Source of the DNA: Desulfosoma sp.
Lineage (GTDB): Bacteria; Desulfobacterota; Syntrophobacteria; Syntrophobacterales; DSM-9756
Reading direction: 5' to 3'
Assembly (NCBI GenBank): GCA_037481835.1
Contig: JBBFKW010000013.1
Coordinates: 32,001-96,000, forward strand
Length of the DNA: 64,000 bases
Part shown: positions 51,348-62,864 of the stretch, one piece after another
How the letters are laid out: each line of letters begins with the position of its first letter
How positions within the stretch are numbered: the first letter of the stretch is position 1
Notes under the pieces: generated by a model
Seen by the model: the letters and a program-made list of their open reading frames with translations, nothing else
What the model was told of the DNA's origin: nothing
The model's database searches: none
Program-made: the position numbers and the translations under genes

Positions 51348-53670
51348 AAGTCCCGGACGGATCGGGGCTGAAAACCGACCCGATCGAGCGGATGGCCGAG
51401 CGGTTTCGGCGAAAACCATTGTTTCCGTCGGGGGCATGAGCTGCGCCGCGTGTGTGCGGCGCGTGGAAAACGTCCTCAAGGATCTGCCCGGGGTTTGGGA
51501 TGCGGCCGTCAATTTGGCCACGGGAAAAGCCGTGCTTGTCCATGGGGAAGATGCGGTGCCCGGGGAAGCCATCCGCCGGGCCCTGACGGAAGCGGGATAC
51601 GAGTTCCTGGGGATTCTGGAAGACGGCCGCCGGGACGACCCCTTGGAGGCGCGACAGCTTAAAGAAACACAGGATTTGAAGCGCCGGGTGGCGGCGGGAT
51701 GCGTCCTTTCGGCGATCATCATGATCCTTTCCATGGGATCCCATCTTCCGGGAATCGAGCGCATCCCCCCCGGCGTCTCCAACGCCGCGCTCATCGTGTT
51801 GACGACCCCGGCGGTTTTTTGGGTCGGAAGCCGCTTTTTTCAGGGCGCCTGGAAGGCCCTTCGACAGAAGACCTCGGACATGAACACCCTCGTCGCCTTG
51901 GGTGCCTTGTCTGCTTACAGCTACTCGGTGGCCGCCGTCCTTTTTCCCTCCTTTTTCACGCGATCCGGCATCCGCCCCCACGTGTATTTCGACGGGGCGG
52001 CCATGATCGTTGCCTTGGTCCTTTTGGGCCGGCTGCTGGAGGCCAAAGCCCGCGGGAAAACGTCCCAGGCGGTGCGACGGCTCATGGGACTGAGGCCGAC
52101 GACGGCCCGCATCGTAAGAGACGGCGTGGAAAAGGAAGTACCCGTGGAAGCCGTGGGGGCTGGGGATCTCGTGAGGATTCGCCCCGGCGAACGCATCCCG
52201 GTGGACGGGGATGTGGTGGACGGCACCTCGGCCGTGGACGAATCCATGCTCACGGGAGAGAGCCTTCCGGTGGACAAGGCCGCCGGCGATAGGGTGTTTG
52301 CAGGCACTGTGAACGGCTTTGGGGCCTTGATGGTCCGGGCGGCCCGTGTCGGAGCCGACACGTCTTTGGCGCGCATCATTCGATTGGTGGAGGAGGCCCA
52401 GGGATCCAAGGCACCCATCCAGAGGCTGGCGGATCGGGTGGCCGCCGTTTTCGTTCCGGTCGTGTGCGCCATCGCTCTGATCACCTTGTGCGTATGGGTC
52501 TTCCTCGTCCCCGGGTCCGATTGGGGCCGGGCCGTGCTCAACTTCGTCTCCGTCCTCATCATTGCCTGCCCGTGCGCCATGGGACTGGCCACGCCGACCG
52601 CCGTCATGGTGGGGACGGGTTTGGGGGCCGAAGCGGGCATCCTCATCAAGAACGGCGAAACCCTGGAAAAGGCGCATCAGGTGAACATGGTCCTTTTCGA
52701 CAAGACCGGGACCCTCACCGAGGGCCGTCCCGTGGTCACCGATGTGGCGGCGGCTTCGGGCATGGATCCCAGGGAGGTCCTGCACCTTGCGGCGTCCTTG
52801 GAATCGGCGTCGGAGCACCCCTTGGGTCGGGCCGTTGTGGAGCGGGCGCGCCGGGATGGCGTCGGCCTTGACGAAATCCGGAGTTTTCAAGCCCTTTCCG
52901 GGCTCGGCGCCAAAGGGATCCTCGACGGGACCGAAATCGTGGTGGGAAACCGCACACTAGTGGAAAGCCTGGGCGCCGACGTCTCCGCCTTGGATGACGT
53001 GGCGCAGGCCATGGTCCGGGACGGCACGACGGTGGTGTACATCCTTCGGGACAAGAAGCCGGTGGGCCTTGTCGGGCTTCGAGACAATCCGAGGGATCAT
53101 GCATTCGAGGCGGTCCGGGCGCTCAAGGCCCTGGGCGTTCGCGTGGGCATGATCACGGGAGACAACAGCGCGACGGCTCGGGCCGTGGCGGCCTTGGTGG
53201 GGATTGAAGAGGTCTTCGCGGAGGTGCTTCCGGAGCGCAAGGCGGAAGTCGTGCGCGAAGCACAGAGCCGGGGGTGGGTGACGGCCATGGTGGGAGACGG
53301 CATCAACGACGCCCCCGCCCTGGCGGCGGCGGATGTGGGGATCGCCATGGGAGGCGGCACGGACGTGGCCGTGGAAGCCGGTGATATCGCCCTCATGCGC
53401 CCCGACCTGCGCCTGGTGGCCGAAGCCATGATGTTGTCCCGCATGACTTTAAAAATCATCAAGCAGAACCTGTTTTGGGCCTTCTTTTACAATTCGGCGG
53501 GCATTCCCCTTGCGGCGGGGGTGTTCTACCCGCTTTTCGGGCTCCTTCTCAATCCCATGGTGGCGGCGGCGGCCATGGCCTTCAGCTCGGTGTCCGTCGT
53601 GGGTAACGCCCTGCGGCTGCGGCGCCTGTGGCAAAAGCGCCGGCCGACCGTTGCAATCCAAGGGAAATGA
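51334..53670 (+). CDS. copA: Cu(I)-type P1B ATPase
   Basis: [38 protein letters not shown]. Start uncertain. Confidence 0.93.
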   Translation: MNWSESPGRIGAENRPDRADGRAVSAKTIVSVGGMSCAACVRRVENVLKDLPGVWDAAVNLATGKAVLVHGEDAVPGEAIRRALTEAGYEFLGILEDGRRDDPLEARQLKETQDLKRRVAAGCVLSAIIMILSMGSHLPGIERIPPGVSNAALIVLTTPAVFWVGSRFFQGAWKALRQKTSDMNTLVALGALSAYSYSVAAVLFPSFFTRSGIRPHVYFDGAAMIVALVLLGRLLEAKARGKTSQAVRRLMGLRPTTARIVRDGVEKEVPVEAVGAGDLVRIRPGERIPVDGDVVDGTSAVDESMLTGESLPVDKAAGDRVFAGTVNGFGALMVRAARVGADTSLARIIRLVEEAQGSKAPIQRLADRVAAVFVPVVCAIALITLCVWVFLVPGSDWGRAVLNFVSVLIIACPCAMGLATPTAVMVGTGLGAEAGILIKNGETLEKAHQVNMVLFDKTGTLTEGRPVVTDVAAASGMDPREVLHLAASLESASEHPLGRAVVERARRDGVGLDEIRSFQALSGLGAKGILDGTEIVVGNRTLVESLGADVSALDDVAQAMVRDGTTVVYILRDKKPVGLVGLRDNPRDHAFEAVRALKALGVRVGMITGDNSATARAVAALVGIEEVFAEVLPERKAEVVREAQSRGWVTAMVGDGINDAPALAAADVGIAMGGGTDVAVEAGDIALMRPDLRLVAEAMMLSRMTLKIIKQNLFWAFFYNSAGIPLAAGVFYPLFGLLLNPMVAAAAMAFSSVSVVGNALRLRRLWQKRRPTVAIQGK

Positions 53671-53678
53671 ATTATAGT
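53651..53678 (+). promoter_or_regulatory. Sigma70-like promoter for rubredoxin
   Basis: TTGCAA-N16-TATAGT overlapping the copA 3' end. Confidence 0.45.
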
Positions 53679-53785
53679 GACTCCAACGTCGGTTTGTCGG
53701 CTCGTCCCCGAGCGGGGACGATGGGGGTCGCAGCGGTTTCGACCCGCCGAGGCAAAAAAAGCAGATACCACTGAAGGAGGATCCT

Positions 53786-53944
53786 ATGGCTCGGTACGTA
53801 TGTCAGATCTGCGGTTACGTCTATGACCCTGAAAAGGGCGACCCCGACAACGGTGTGGCTCCGGGGACCCCGTTCGAAAAGCTTCCGGACGATTGGACCT
53901 GTCCGGTGTGCGGCGCATCCAAGAGCGATTTCGCAAAAGAATAG
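53786..53944 (+). CDS. Rubredoxin (52 aa, missing from the ORF track)
   Basis: Hand translation gives [62 protein letters not shown]. Confidence 0.97.
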   Translation: MARYVCQICGYVYDPEKGDPDNGVAPGTPFEKLPDDWTCPVCGASKSDFAKE

Positions 53945-53978
53945 CCGTCCGGTTTTGGACGTCCCGAGGAGAACCTGC

Positions 53979-54473
53979 ATGATTTTCGGATTCAATGCGG
54001 CCGAGGTTTTCCAGATCGCCGTGGAAATTGAAGAAAACGGTAAGTCCTTTTACGAAAAGGCGGCGGCCAAAATCGACGATCCCGATGTCCAGGCGATTTT
54101 TAAAGACCTGGCCCTGCAGGAAGTGGAACACAAGAAGAAGTTCATGGAACTCAAGGCCAAGCTTCCGCAACAGGCGTCGCAATCCACCGTCTTTGATCCC
54201 AACAACGAGATGGCCAACTATCTGAAGATGATGGCCGACGGCCACGTGTTTCGAACCAGCGACAACGTGGACCGTAAGCTCGCCCAGGTGAAAGACGCCG
54301 TGGACGCCCTGCGCATGGCCATGGAATTCGAAAAGGATTCGGTGATCTTCTTTCTGAGCATGCAGGATGCGACGGAAGAGGAAAAAGGCCGGCAGTTCAT
54401 CGGGCTTTTGGTCAAGGAAGAACAGGAGCACCTGAGGCGCCTGGCGCTTCAGCTGAAAAAAATGGCCCACTGA
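53979..54473 (+). CDS. Ferritin-like/rubrerythrin-family protein
   Basis: IEENG..FY, QEVEH, FEKDS, EEQEH. Confidence 0.87.
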   Translation: MIFGFNAAEVFQIAVEIEENGKSFYEKAAAKIDDPDVQAIFKDLALQEVEHKKKFMELKAKLPQQASQSTVFDPNNEMANYLKMMADGHVFRTSDNVDRKLAQVKDAVDALRMAMEFEKDSVIFFLSMQDATEEEKGRQFIGLLVKEEQEHLRRLALQLKKMAH

Positions 54474-54489
54474 GGCCGTGGCTTCATGC

Positions 54490-54519
54490 AGCCGGATCCT
54501 CGAGGATCCGGCTTTTTTT
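54490..54519 (+). terminator. Rho-independent terminator
   Basis: Palindromic agccggatcc-tcga-ggatccggct followed by a T run. Confidence 0.88.
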
Positions 54520-54591
54520 CGCAACGAATCCGAAGGCCCTTCAGGCGGGCCGTTACGAACGTTTTTCTTTCGTTGCGGGGTGGAACCGAGC

Positions 54592-54798
54592 ATGCGTCGT
54601 CCGGAAGTGGATTTGAGCGGCTGTGTGGATTGCGACGGGTGCATCGCCCTGTGTCCCGAGGTTTTTGCCCGAAACGAGGCAGGCTACATCGAAGTGCGGG
54701 AATGCGCCGTCTATCCCGAAGCTTTGGTGGATGAAGCCATCATGATGTGCCCTTCGGACTGCATCTTTTGGGAGGAAGACGAGGAGCCGTCGTCGTGA
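54592..54798 (+). CDS. Single-cluster ferredoxin
   Basis: CVDCDGCIALCPEVF ... CPSDCI. Confidence 0.9.
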   Translation: MRRPEVDLSGCVDCDGCIALCPEVFARNEAGYIEVRECAVYPEALVDEAIMMCPSDCIFWEEDEEPSS

Positions 54799-55526
54799 TC
54801 GCAGGGGAGCCGGCTGTCCGGCGGATCGAAAAGAAAAGGGTGGAAGAACTCCTGCGTGCCTCCGATTTTTCCCGCAACCTCGCCGTGTGGCGGTCTTTGC
54901 CCGCCCGCAAAGTCATCAATCCCCTGGTGTCTTTTCTCTGCTCGGCGGACGAACGCCTTCGCTGGCACGCCGTGACGGCGGCGGGGCTCGTCACTGCGAC
55001 TCTGGCGGAAGAAGACCCGGAATCGGCCCGGGTGATCGTGCGCCGGTTTCTCTGGCAGCTAAACGACGAATCGGGTGGGATCGGTTGGGGCATTCCGGAA
55101 GCCTTGGGGGAATCCCTGGCCCGAAGTCCGCTCCTTGCCGGGGAATACGCCCGTCTTGTGCTTTCCTTTATCAAGGAAGACGAAAACTACTTGGAGCACC
55201 CGCCCCTTCTTGCCGGAGCTTTGTGGGGCCTTGCCCGGCTCCTCCAAACCCGCGCCCATCTTCTTGCGGAAAGTGAAAGCCCTTTGGCGGCCTATCTCCA
55301 CCACCCCGATGCCCTGTTTCGGGCTCTGGCCCTGTGGGGCTTGGGAGCCGTCGCAACGGCGCGAACGCTCCCCCTCCTCCAACGCCTGAGCACCGATGCC
55401 AGTCCGGTTCGGCTCTACCGCAACGAATCCTTTGAAGAGACCACCGTGGCGGACGTGGCTCGCCAAGCCGCCGCCGCCGTCAGAACGCGCCTCGGCCTCA
55501 GGACGCCTCCAGCGGCAAACGAATGA
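54795..55526 (+). CDS. HEAT-repeat protein (DVU0298-like)
   Basis: RRFLWQLNDESGGIGWGIPEALGE motif; GTGA overlap with the ferredoxin stop. Confidence 0.78.
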   Translation: MIAGEPAVRRIEKKRVEELLRASDFSRNLAVWRSLPARKVINPLVSFLCSADERLRWHAVTAAGLVTATLAEEDPESARVIVRRFLWQLNDESGGIGWGIPEALGESLARSPLLAGEYARLVLSFIKEDENYLEHPPLLAGALWGLARLLQTRAHLLAESESPLAAYLHHPDALFRALALWGLGAVATARTLPLLQRLSTDASPVRLYRNESFEETTVADVARQAAAAVRTRLGLRTPPAANE

Positions 55527-57886
55527 TGAACGTGGTGCCTCGGCCTTCCTCGGTTTCGAAGGAGAGGGTCCCCTTGTGCTTTTCCACGACCACGTTGTGG
55601 GCGATGGCCAGGCCCTGTCCCGTGCCTTTGCCCACTTCCTTGGTGGTGAAAAAGGGATCGAAGATCCGGTGCCGGATCTTTTCCGGGATGCCCGTACCGG
55701 TATCGGCGATGCGGATTTCGCACCACTCGTCCACCACCCGCGTGCGCACGGTGATGGTTCCTTTCTCGTCACCGCGCTCGTGCACGGCGTCCTTGATGGC
55801 GTGGGCGGCGTTGACGATGATGTTGAGGAAGACCTGGTTCACTTCGCCGGGGACACAGGGCACCGGCGGCATGTGGGGATCCAGGTCCGTGACCACGTCT
55901 GCCACGTATTTCCATTCGTTTCGAGCCACCGTCAGGGTGTTTTCCAAGGCCTTGTTGATGTCCGTCGGGACTTTTTCTTCCTGCCCGGGATGGGAAAACT
56001 CCTTCATGGCCAAGACGATCTTGGCCACCCGCTGGACCCCTTCCAACGTCTGACCGATGGCTCTTGGGATTTCCTCTGTAAGATATTCCAGGTCGACGGC
56101 TTCGGCCGTTTCTTCCACGGCACGCACGGCATCGGCCAAGGCGTCCACGGATCGAGCCCCTTCCAGGAGGTTCCGGTATTTATCCTGGAGTTCCTCCAAA
56201 TCCCGGAAGGCGTCCTGAAGGAACCGGGTGTTGTCGCCGATGAATTGCACCGGCGTGTTGATTTCATGGGCGATGCCCGCCGCCAATTGGCCGATGGATT
56301 CCAGCTTCTGGGCCTGAGCCAGCTGCGCCTCCAAGAGCTTCCTCTGGGTGATCTCGGCGCCCATGATGAAGATACCCACGTCCCGTTCGTGGTCCATGCC
56401 CACAGGGTTGACGGTCAAGCCGAGGAAGCCGGGTTGTCCGTCGAGGCGTGTGTATCGAAGGTCGTCCACGCGTTGGGGCTTTTTCTTTCGACGGCAGCAC
56501 TCCAGGGCCGATGCCATCCGGTCCCGCTGCCACTCGAGGGGGAGCTCTTCCAGGGTCTTTCCCAGAACGTCTGCGGCACGCATGCCGAAAACATTCTCGG
56601 CCATGGCGTTCCATCGCACGATGCGCCCTTGGGGGTCCAATCCGATGAGCACGGAAGAGATGGCCGAAATGAGCTGTTCCAATTCCCAATGGGCTTTTCG
56701 GGCTTCTTCTTCGGCCTTTTTGAGATCGGTGATGTCGAGGGAGACGGAGACGCAGCCTGCGGGGGAGCCGTCGTCGGCAGAGTAGGGGGTGCTGGTTACT
56801 CGAAAATATGCGCCCAGATGGTCGTTGTAGACTTCCCTCTCCAAAAAACGGCTGGGGGGGGCCGCCCTCATCGTAGGGGCATTGAGGGCATTTTTCGGGT
56901 AGGCCGCGGAGCATCTCGTAACAGAAGCGCCCGATGATGTCTTCTCGACGCATTCCCAGGCGCCGGGCGAAAGCCGCGTTGACTTTGCGGATGCGAAAAT
57001 CCTTGTCGGTGACGTCGATCATCGCCGGGACCGCATCGAAGGTCCGTTCCCATTCTTCCTTGGCCCGGCGGAGGGCCTCTCGGGCTTCCTTCCGTTCCGT
57101 GATGTCGAAAAGAACGCCGGAGACATGATGGAGAGTGCCGTCCGGGTTGCAAAGGAGGCGCCCGCGATCCTGGATCCACCGAACGCGCCCTTGGGCATCC
57201 ACGATGCGGTATTCTCGAATAAAGGCGCCGTCTCCGTTCTTGGCTTCCTTCAGGGTTGCCGTAACGCTGGGCATGTCCTCCGGCACGATGCACTCGTTCC
57301 AGCGCTTCCGCCCGGAAAGGAAAACTTCGGGCCCATACCCGGTGACGTCTCGGATCTGATCGGAAACAAAAATCACGCTCCAGTCTTTCAGACCCGTATA
57401 GACCACGCACGGCAGGTTTTTGACCAGCGCCGCATAGTCCTCCTTTTGCCGGCGCAGTTCCCGGGTTCTTTCTTCCACTAGGTTTTCCAGGTCTTGGAGG
57501 TATCGGCGATTGGCGAGTTCCAGTTGGCGCCGCCGTAAAGCCGCTTCCACGTCGATACGCAGGCCCGAAACCTCGAAGGGCTTGACGATGTAGCCGTAGA
57601 CGCCCATGTCCCAAGCCCTTTGAGTGATCTTCGGATCGTCCAAAACGGACAAAATGAGTGTCGCCGTATCGGGACGGGTGCGGATCACATGCTCCAAAAA
57701 ATCCAAGCCCGATTCTCCCGGCATGTTCACGTCGGATATCACCAGATCGAAAGCCTTCTTTTCCAAAAGGGCGCGCGCGGCCGCCGCATTGGGCGCCGTT
57801 TCGCATTCGTGGCCGAACCCGGCCAAGGCGGCCGAAACCAAATGGCGGATGGCGTGTTCATCGTCCACGATCAGGATGCGTGCCAT
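55498..57886 (-). pseudogene. REC-PAS-PAS-PAS histidine kinase split by a one-base frameshift
   Basis: 5' frame: REC (ILIVDDE, DVNMPG, KPF), PAS and half a PAS ending CPQCPYDEGG. 3' frame continues the same PAS (EREVYNDHLGAYFRVTSTP...LDIT), then AAGIAHEINTP and FFTTKEVGKGTGQGL. Removing one base from C8 (56854-56861) or T6 (56843-56848) gives one 795-aa ORF. Confidence 0.85.
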
Positions 57887-58061
57887 GGTTTTCTCCCTTC
57901 CGTGCGTCGCCGTGTGGGCTGTCCATGATTCAAGGCTGCGTTTTTTTCATCGGCAGGATTCATGCCGGGCTTGAAAAATGCCGATCGTCATCGTGATTGG
58001 TCCGCATCCTGCTTCTCGAAAAAAGCGATCCATCCGTCGAGGTGAAACAAGGAGTCCTTCC

Positions 58062-58586
58062 ATGATCGGCGAAGAATATGTGGTCTTTGAAATCGACGGC
58101 CAAAGCTGTGCGGTTCCCCTGAGGGCGGTACGGCGTATCGTCCGCGCGGCGGCCCTTTCTCCTGTCCCCGATGCTCCGAGGGGCCTCCTGGGCCTCCTTA
58201 ACCTCCACGGCTGTTTGATCCCCGTCTACGACATGAGAGAGGCGCTGGGATATCCGCCCAAGCCCCTGGCGCCGCAGGATCGTTTCCTCATCGTGGACGA
58301 CGGCTCGGGCCCCGCCGCCCTGTGCGCCGACGAAGTGCGCCATATCGGTAACGTGCAGGTGGAACCCGACATCCAAGGCCGGCGCCTCTTGGGGCACCAG
58401 AGGCTCTTTGGCGCAGTGGGCCAATGCAACGGGAAAACGGTCTTCATCGTGGATCCGGCGTCCTTGGGAAAAGGAACCACGCCATCACACCAGGGCGTCA
58501 AAGGAAACGACGACGGGGTCATGAAGCTGACGTTCCCAAATGTCGCGATGCTCAAGGACGGGGATGCCGTGGGAGTGTGTCTGTGA
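58062..58586 (+). CDS. cheW: CheW-like coupling protein
   Basis: YVVFEIDG, PVPDAP...GLLNLHG..IPVYD. Confidence 0.85.
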   Translation: MIGEEYVVFEIDGQSCAVPLRAVRRIVRAAALSPVPDAPRGLLGLLNLHGCLIPVYDMREALGYPPKPLAPQDRFLIVDDGSGPAALCADEVRHIGNVQVEPDIQGRRLLGHQRLFGAVGQCNGKTVFIVDPASLGKGTTPSHQGVKGNDDGVMKLTFPNVAMLKDGDAVGVCL

Positions 58587-58664
58587 AGTCTCTGTGCTTT
58601 CCGGTAAAAACCGGGACAGCATGGTGTGTGTAAGGTGCGTGAAGGAGGGGGTGTCATCGGCGGT

Positions 58665-60191
58665 ATGGACGGGGTGCGACGGGTGGCCGCGTGGGCTCGG
58701 GAGCACTTGGGTCTGCTGGAGGACCCTTCGGCGGCATCGGAAATTGGCCTGAAACTCGGGGCGGCGGCCCGGGCGCACGGTTTTGCCGACGCGGAGGCTT
58801 TCGTGCGCCATCTTTTCGACGATCTTTCGCCTTCGGATCGACTGCGAACGCTCGCTTCCGTGCTCACCATCGGGGAGACCTATTTTTTTCGTGAGCCCCA
58901 AGCGCTGCAGATTTTCAAGCAGGACATCCTGCCGGAGATCATGCACTTTCGGGAAGATCGCGGTCAGAGGCGGCTTGTGCTGTGGAGCGCCGGGTGCAGC
59001 ACCGGAGAGGAGGCCTATACTTTGGCCATGATCGTCAAAGAAGCCCTGCACGGCCGCCCCGAGTGGGATTTTTCCGTTTCGGCGACGGATATCAATGAGA
59101 AGGCGCTGGAGATGGCCCGAGAAGGGCTTTACCGGCCCTGGTCCTTTCGAAAACCGGTGCCCCCGGAGTACCGAAAATATTTTGTGCGGCTCGAGGCTGA
59201 GAACCTGTGGCGGGTTCGAGACGATATCAAGCGGCACGTCACCTTCTCCGTGTTGAATCTGGCCTCGGCACACTACCCTTCACCGCAGACGCACACGATG
59301 GACGTGGACGCGTTGTTTTGCCGAAACGTGCTCATGTATTTCGACCCGAAGACCCGGGCGGAGGTTCTCCGGCGGTTCCACGGGGCTTTGAACGAGGCGG
59401 GGTGGCTGATTTTGGGGGCGTCCGAGATCCACACGGCTTCGGGCGGCCCGTGGGAGTCGGTGCGTTACCCGGAAGCCGTTTTTCTTCGAAAACGCCAGGG
59501 AGGGATTTCCAGGGAAAGAAGCCAAAACGTTCCGCCTTGCAAGAGGTTTCCCGAAAACGGTCGACTCCTGGAAACACCGGCCTTGTTCGCTTCAGCGAGC
59601 GCCGCGGAGAAGCGCTCAGCGGACCCGACCCTGTCCTCGAAAAGGGAGACCGGTCCGGTGTCTTCCGATCATGGGATGTGCCGTCTTTTGGCTTCGGGGC
59701 GCTTGGAAGAGGCGGTGGCTTTGGTGGAACGGGATTTGGGCGGATCTGCAGACATGCCGCTCGGTGAAGGGTTTCGGGACGCGATCCTTCAGGTGGTTCA
59801 GGCCCTGGCGGCACGAGGCCGGGCGGAAAAAGCCCTGAATCTTTTGGATCGCGTCCTTGCCGTGCACAAGTTTGATCCCGCCCTTTACCACATGAAGGGG
59901 GCCCTCCACGCCGAGCTCGGCCAAGGAGATGAAGCCGTGGCGGCTTTTCGCCAGATGCTCTATGTGGCGCCTCAATCAGCGACGGCGCTCTTGTCCTTGG
60001 GGATGCTGAGCCGCCGGGAGGGACATCCGGACGCGGCCCGCCGTTATCTGGAAGGTGCCTTGAAGCTGCTTGAAGGAAAAGACGACCGGGAAGAAGTGCC
60101 GTACAGCGACGGCATGTCGGTCGGCCAGACGCGGCGCATGGTTGAAAGGTTTTTGAACGGCTTGCGTGAAAGGCCAGGGGAGGGATCCTGA
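58665..60191 (+). CDS. cheR: CheR methyltransferase with C-terminal TPRs
   Basis: TIGETYFFRE, WSAGCSTGEEAYT, ATDIN, FCRNVLMYF; TPR-like helices. Confidence 0.9.
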   Translation: MDGVRRVAAWAREHLGLLEDPSAASEIGLKLGAAARAHGFADAEAFVRHLFDDLSPSDRLRTLASVLTIGETYFFREPQALQIFKQDILPEIMHFREDRGQRRLVLWSAGCSTGEEAYTLAMIVKEALHGRPEWDFSVSATDINEKALEMAREGLYRPWSFRKPVPPEYRKYFVRLEAENLWRVRDDIKRHVTFSVLNLASAHYPSPQTHTMDVDALFCRNVLMYFDPKTRAEVLRRFHGALNEAGWLILGASEIHTASGGPWESVRYPEAVFLRKRQGGISRERSQNVPPCKRFPENGRLLETPALFASASAAEKRSADPTLSSKRETGPVSSDHGMCRLLASGRLEEAVALVERDLGGSADMPLGEGFRDAILQVVQALAARGRAEKALNLLDRVLAVHKFDPALYHMKGALHAELGQGDEAVAAFRQMLYVAPQSATALLSLGMLSRREGHPDAARRYLEGALKLLEGKDDREEVPYSDGMSVGQTRRMVERFLNGLRERPGEGS

Positions 60192-60712
60192 TGCTGAAGG
60201 CCGAAGAAAGAGATCGGGCGATCCTGGAAAGCCGCGCCCTGGAACTGGCAAAACCTTTGGAAGAAAACGGGCTTGAGGGCGGTACGGAGGTGGTTGTCTT
60301 CCATCTGTGCGGGGAACGCTATGCGGTGGAGTCCGCCGTGGTTCGGGAAATCCGAAGGCTGGACGGGGTGACGTCCCTTCCCGGAGTGCCGGATTTCGTC
60401 ATGGGAATCATGAATGTTCGTGGGGAAATCCTTCCCGTGCTGGATCTGGGGACGCTCCTGGGCCTGCCCTCGGTCCCGTTTGATGAAGAGGCGCGGGTGG
60501 TGGTGCTGAGCGGCGCAGGGATGACTTTCGGCATCGCCGCCCATGGGCTCAAAGGAACAGAAAGGCTGTCCCTTCAGGGGCTGCAGGCGGCTCCGGTTTC
60601 CGGAAACGGGTTGGCCCAGGGCGTTGTGCGTGGAGTGACCTCCGATCGGCTGATCGTCTTGGACGGCAAGGCCCTTCTTACCGACAAGGGCCTTGTGGTG
60701 GGTGCGGCGTAG
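60191..60712 (+). CDS. cheW: CheW-like coupling protein
   Basis: ILESRALELA N-terminus, LPGVPDFVMGIMNVRGEILPVLDL. Confidence 0.9.
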   Translation: MLKAEERDRAILESRALELAKPLEENGLEGGTEVVVFHLCGERYAVESAVVREIRRLDGVTSLPGVPDFVMGIMNVRGEILPVLDLGTLLGLPSVPFDEEARVVVLSGAGMTFGIAAHGLKGTERLSLQGLQAAPVSGNGLAQGVVRGVTSDRLIVLDGKALLTDKGLVVGAA

Positions 60713-60766
60713 CGGATCGCGGCGCCGTGGACGTCGTGACTGCGGCGGAAAAAACGGGAGGTGTGG

Positions 60767-62797
60767 ATGATTGAGCGGTTTCAAAAGAATCTGGCGTGGA
60801 GAATGGCGCTCTATTTCGGCATTTTGATGACCGTGTCCCTCGTCCTTTTGGCGCTGGTCAGCTTCATGTATGAGCGGCGGCATCTCCAGGAGGCGGTTTT
60901 TGAGAGGTTGAGCGGCCTTCGGGAGACGCAAAAAGAGCGGCTTCAGGAATACCTGAAAGAGCGCTTGGATTTCGTGCGCCTCATCGCCCGATCCCGTGAA
61001 GTGGCCGAATTGATGGCCTTTGCCGCCGAGCTGCAAAGCTCGGGGGGGACGGCTTCGGAAGATTTGTCCTCCCGCCGTTACGGGCTTTTGGCCCAAAGAG
61101 CCCACGCGCGTCTGAGTTCCGACGAAACCTCCGGGGGCTTTGAGGATCTCGTCCTTTTTTTGCCCGATAAACCGAAAATCGTGTACGCGGCCCGCGAGGG
61201 ACTTAAGACCTCCTTGGAAGACGCAGCTTTTGCCAAGCGCCTGAAAACCTTGGAACCGGTCTGGAAACAGGCCGTGAAGAAAAACTCAGTCGTTTTGGCG
61301 GATCTAAGCTTTTACGACCCTGTGGGCAAGCCCTGCTTCTTCATCGGAACGCCCGTCAAGGACGAGCAGGGAACGGTGTCCGCGGTGCTCGTGGCGGCCC
61401 TGAACATCGAGCATCTCAAGCATATCGTTGAGCAGAAAAGCGGCCTGGGGCTGACGGGAGACACCTATGTGGTGGGATTTGACGGCTTATTACGCACGCC
61501 GTCCCGATTTCTTTCAGAAGGGGAGATTTTGAAAAAGAAGGTGGAAACGGAGGCCGTGCGACGGGCTTTAACCGGGCAAACGGGGCACATCACGGCGATG
61601 GACTACAGAGGCCAAGAGGTGCTCAGCGTTTTCGGCCCTGTGGGTTTGAAGGAAACGCTTTCCGCCGATTTCGACTGGGTTCTTCTCGTGGAAATGGATG
61701 CGGCGGAAGCCTTTTCGGCCGTGAGGCAATCGGCGCTTCGGTACGGGCTGCTGACGGTTTTCCTGGTTGTGTGCGCCGTGGCGGCGGGATTTTTGACCGC
61801 CCGCGCCATCGTTTCCCCATTGAGGAGGCTCAGGGCCGTGATCGCGGACGTGGCCCAGGGGAACTTGAGCGTTTCCATCGAAGAAACCCTGCGTGCCGAT
61901 GAAGTGGGAGACTTGATGCGTGGTTTCGGGGCCATGTTGGATTCCCTCAAGGGACAGACCCGCCAGATCGTAGGCGGAGTCAACGATTTGGCGGCCTCCA
62001 TCAGCCAGATTTCCGCGACGGCGGCACAACTTGCCGCCAGCTCCGCCGAAACGGCCACTTCCATCAGCGAAATTACGGCCACGGTGGAAGAAGTGCGGCA
62101 GACGGCGCGCTTGTCCCACGACAAGGCCAAACAGGTGGCCCAGCGCTCGGAAACGCTGGCCCAGACCTCCCACGAAGGGCGTCAGGTGACGGACGATGTT
62201 TTGAAGGGCCTGCAGCGCATTCGAGAAGAAATGGAATTTGTGGCGGAAAATGTCATGCGGCTGAGCGAACAGGGCCAAAGCATCGGCGATATTATCGACG
62301 TCGTAAGGGATCTGGCGGACCAGGTGAACCTCCTTTCGGTCAACGCGGCCATCGAAGCGGCCAAGGCGGGGGATCACGGCAAGGGTTTCGCCGTGGTGGC
62401 CCAGGAAATGCGGTCCTTGGCGGATCAGTCCAAGGAGGCGACGGAGCAGGTCAAGCAGATTTTGTCCGAAATCCAGAAGGCTACCGGCGGGGCTGTCATG
62501 GCCATCGAAAGAGGGACCAAGGCTGTGGCGGCTGGGCTCGATTTGGGCCAACGGGCCGGGGACGCCATCGGTCGTTTGGCCCAAGGGGTTGAAGAAGCGT
62601 CCGATTCGGCCCTCCAGATCGCTTCCTCGAGTCAGGAGCAGTTGGTGGGGATGGAGCAGGTCGTGTTGGCGGTGCAAAACATACGAGAAGCCGGCGTGCA
62701 GAACACGGAGGCGGCGCGCCAGCTGGAGGCGGCCGTTCGGGATCTGGAACGGCTCAGCCGCACATTGACGGAGATTGCTTCACGCCTTCGGGTCTGA
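60767..62797 (+). CDS. Methyl-accepting chemotaxis protein (TM, Cache-like, TM, HAMP, MA)
   Basis: Two TMs, [39 protein letters not shown]. Start at 60761 or 60767. Confidence 0.93.
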   Translation: MIERFQKNLAWRMALYFGILMTVSLVLLALVSFMYERRHLQEAVFERLSGLRETQKERLQEYLKERLDFVRLIARSREVAELMAFAAELQSSGGTASEDLSSRRYGLLAQRAHARLSSDETSGGFEDLVLFLPDKPKIVYAAREGLKTSLEDAAFAKRLKTLEPVWKQAVKKNSVVLADLSFYDPVGKPCFFIGTPVKDEQGTVSAVLVAALNIEHLKHIVEQKSGLGLTGDTYVVGFDGLLRTPSRFLSEGEILKKKVETEAVRRALTGQTGHITAMDYRGQEVLSVFGPVGLKETLSADFDWVLLVEMDAAEAFSAVRQSALRYGLLTVFLVVCAVAAGFLTARAIVSPLRRLRAVIADVAQGNLSVSIEETLRADEVGDLMRGFGAMLDSLKGQTRQIVGGVNDLAASISQISATAAQLAASSAETATSISEITATVEEVRQTARLSHDKAKQVAQRSETLAQTSHEGRQVTDDVLKGLQRIREEMEFVAENVMRLSEQGQSIGDIIDVVRDLADQVNLLSVNAAIEAAKAGDHGKGFAVVAQEMRSLADQSKEATEQVKQILSEIQKATGGAVMAIERGTKAVAAGLDLGQRAGDAIGRLAQGVEEASDSALQIASSSQEQLVGMEQVVLAVQNIREAGVQNTEAARQLEAAVRDLERLSRTLTEIASRLRV

Positions 62798-62864
62798 TGG
62801 GGGAAATGAAGGCCTGCGGGGGCGTGGAAGACTGTGAAAGATACGGAGGCCGAAAGGGCGGGCC

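Noticed and set aside
40392..54473. Ferritin-like proteins as encapsulin cargo
   Set aside because: No encapsulin shell gene in the window and no clear LxIGSL-type targeting peptide.
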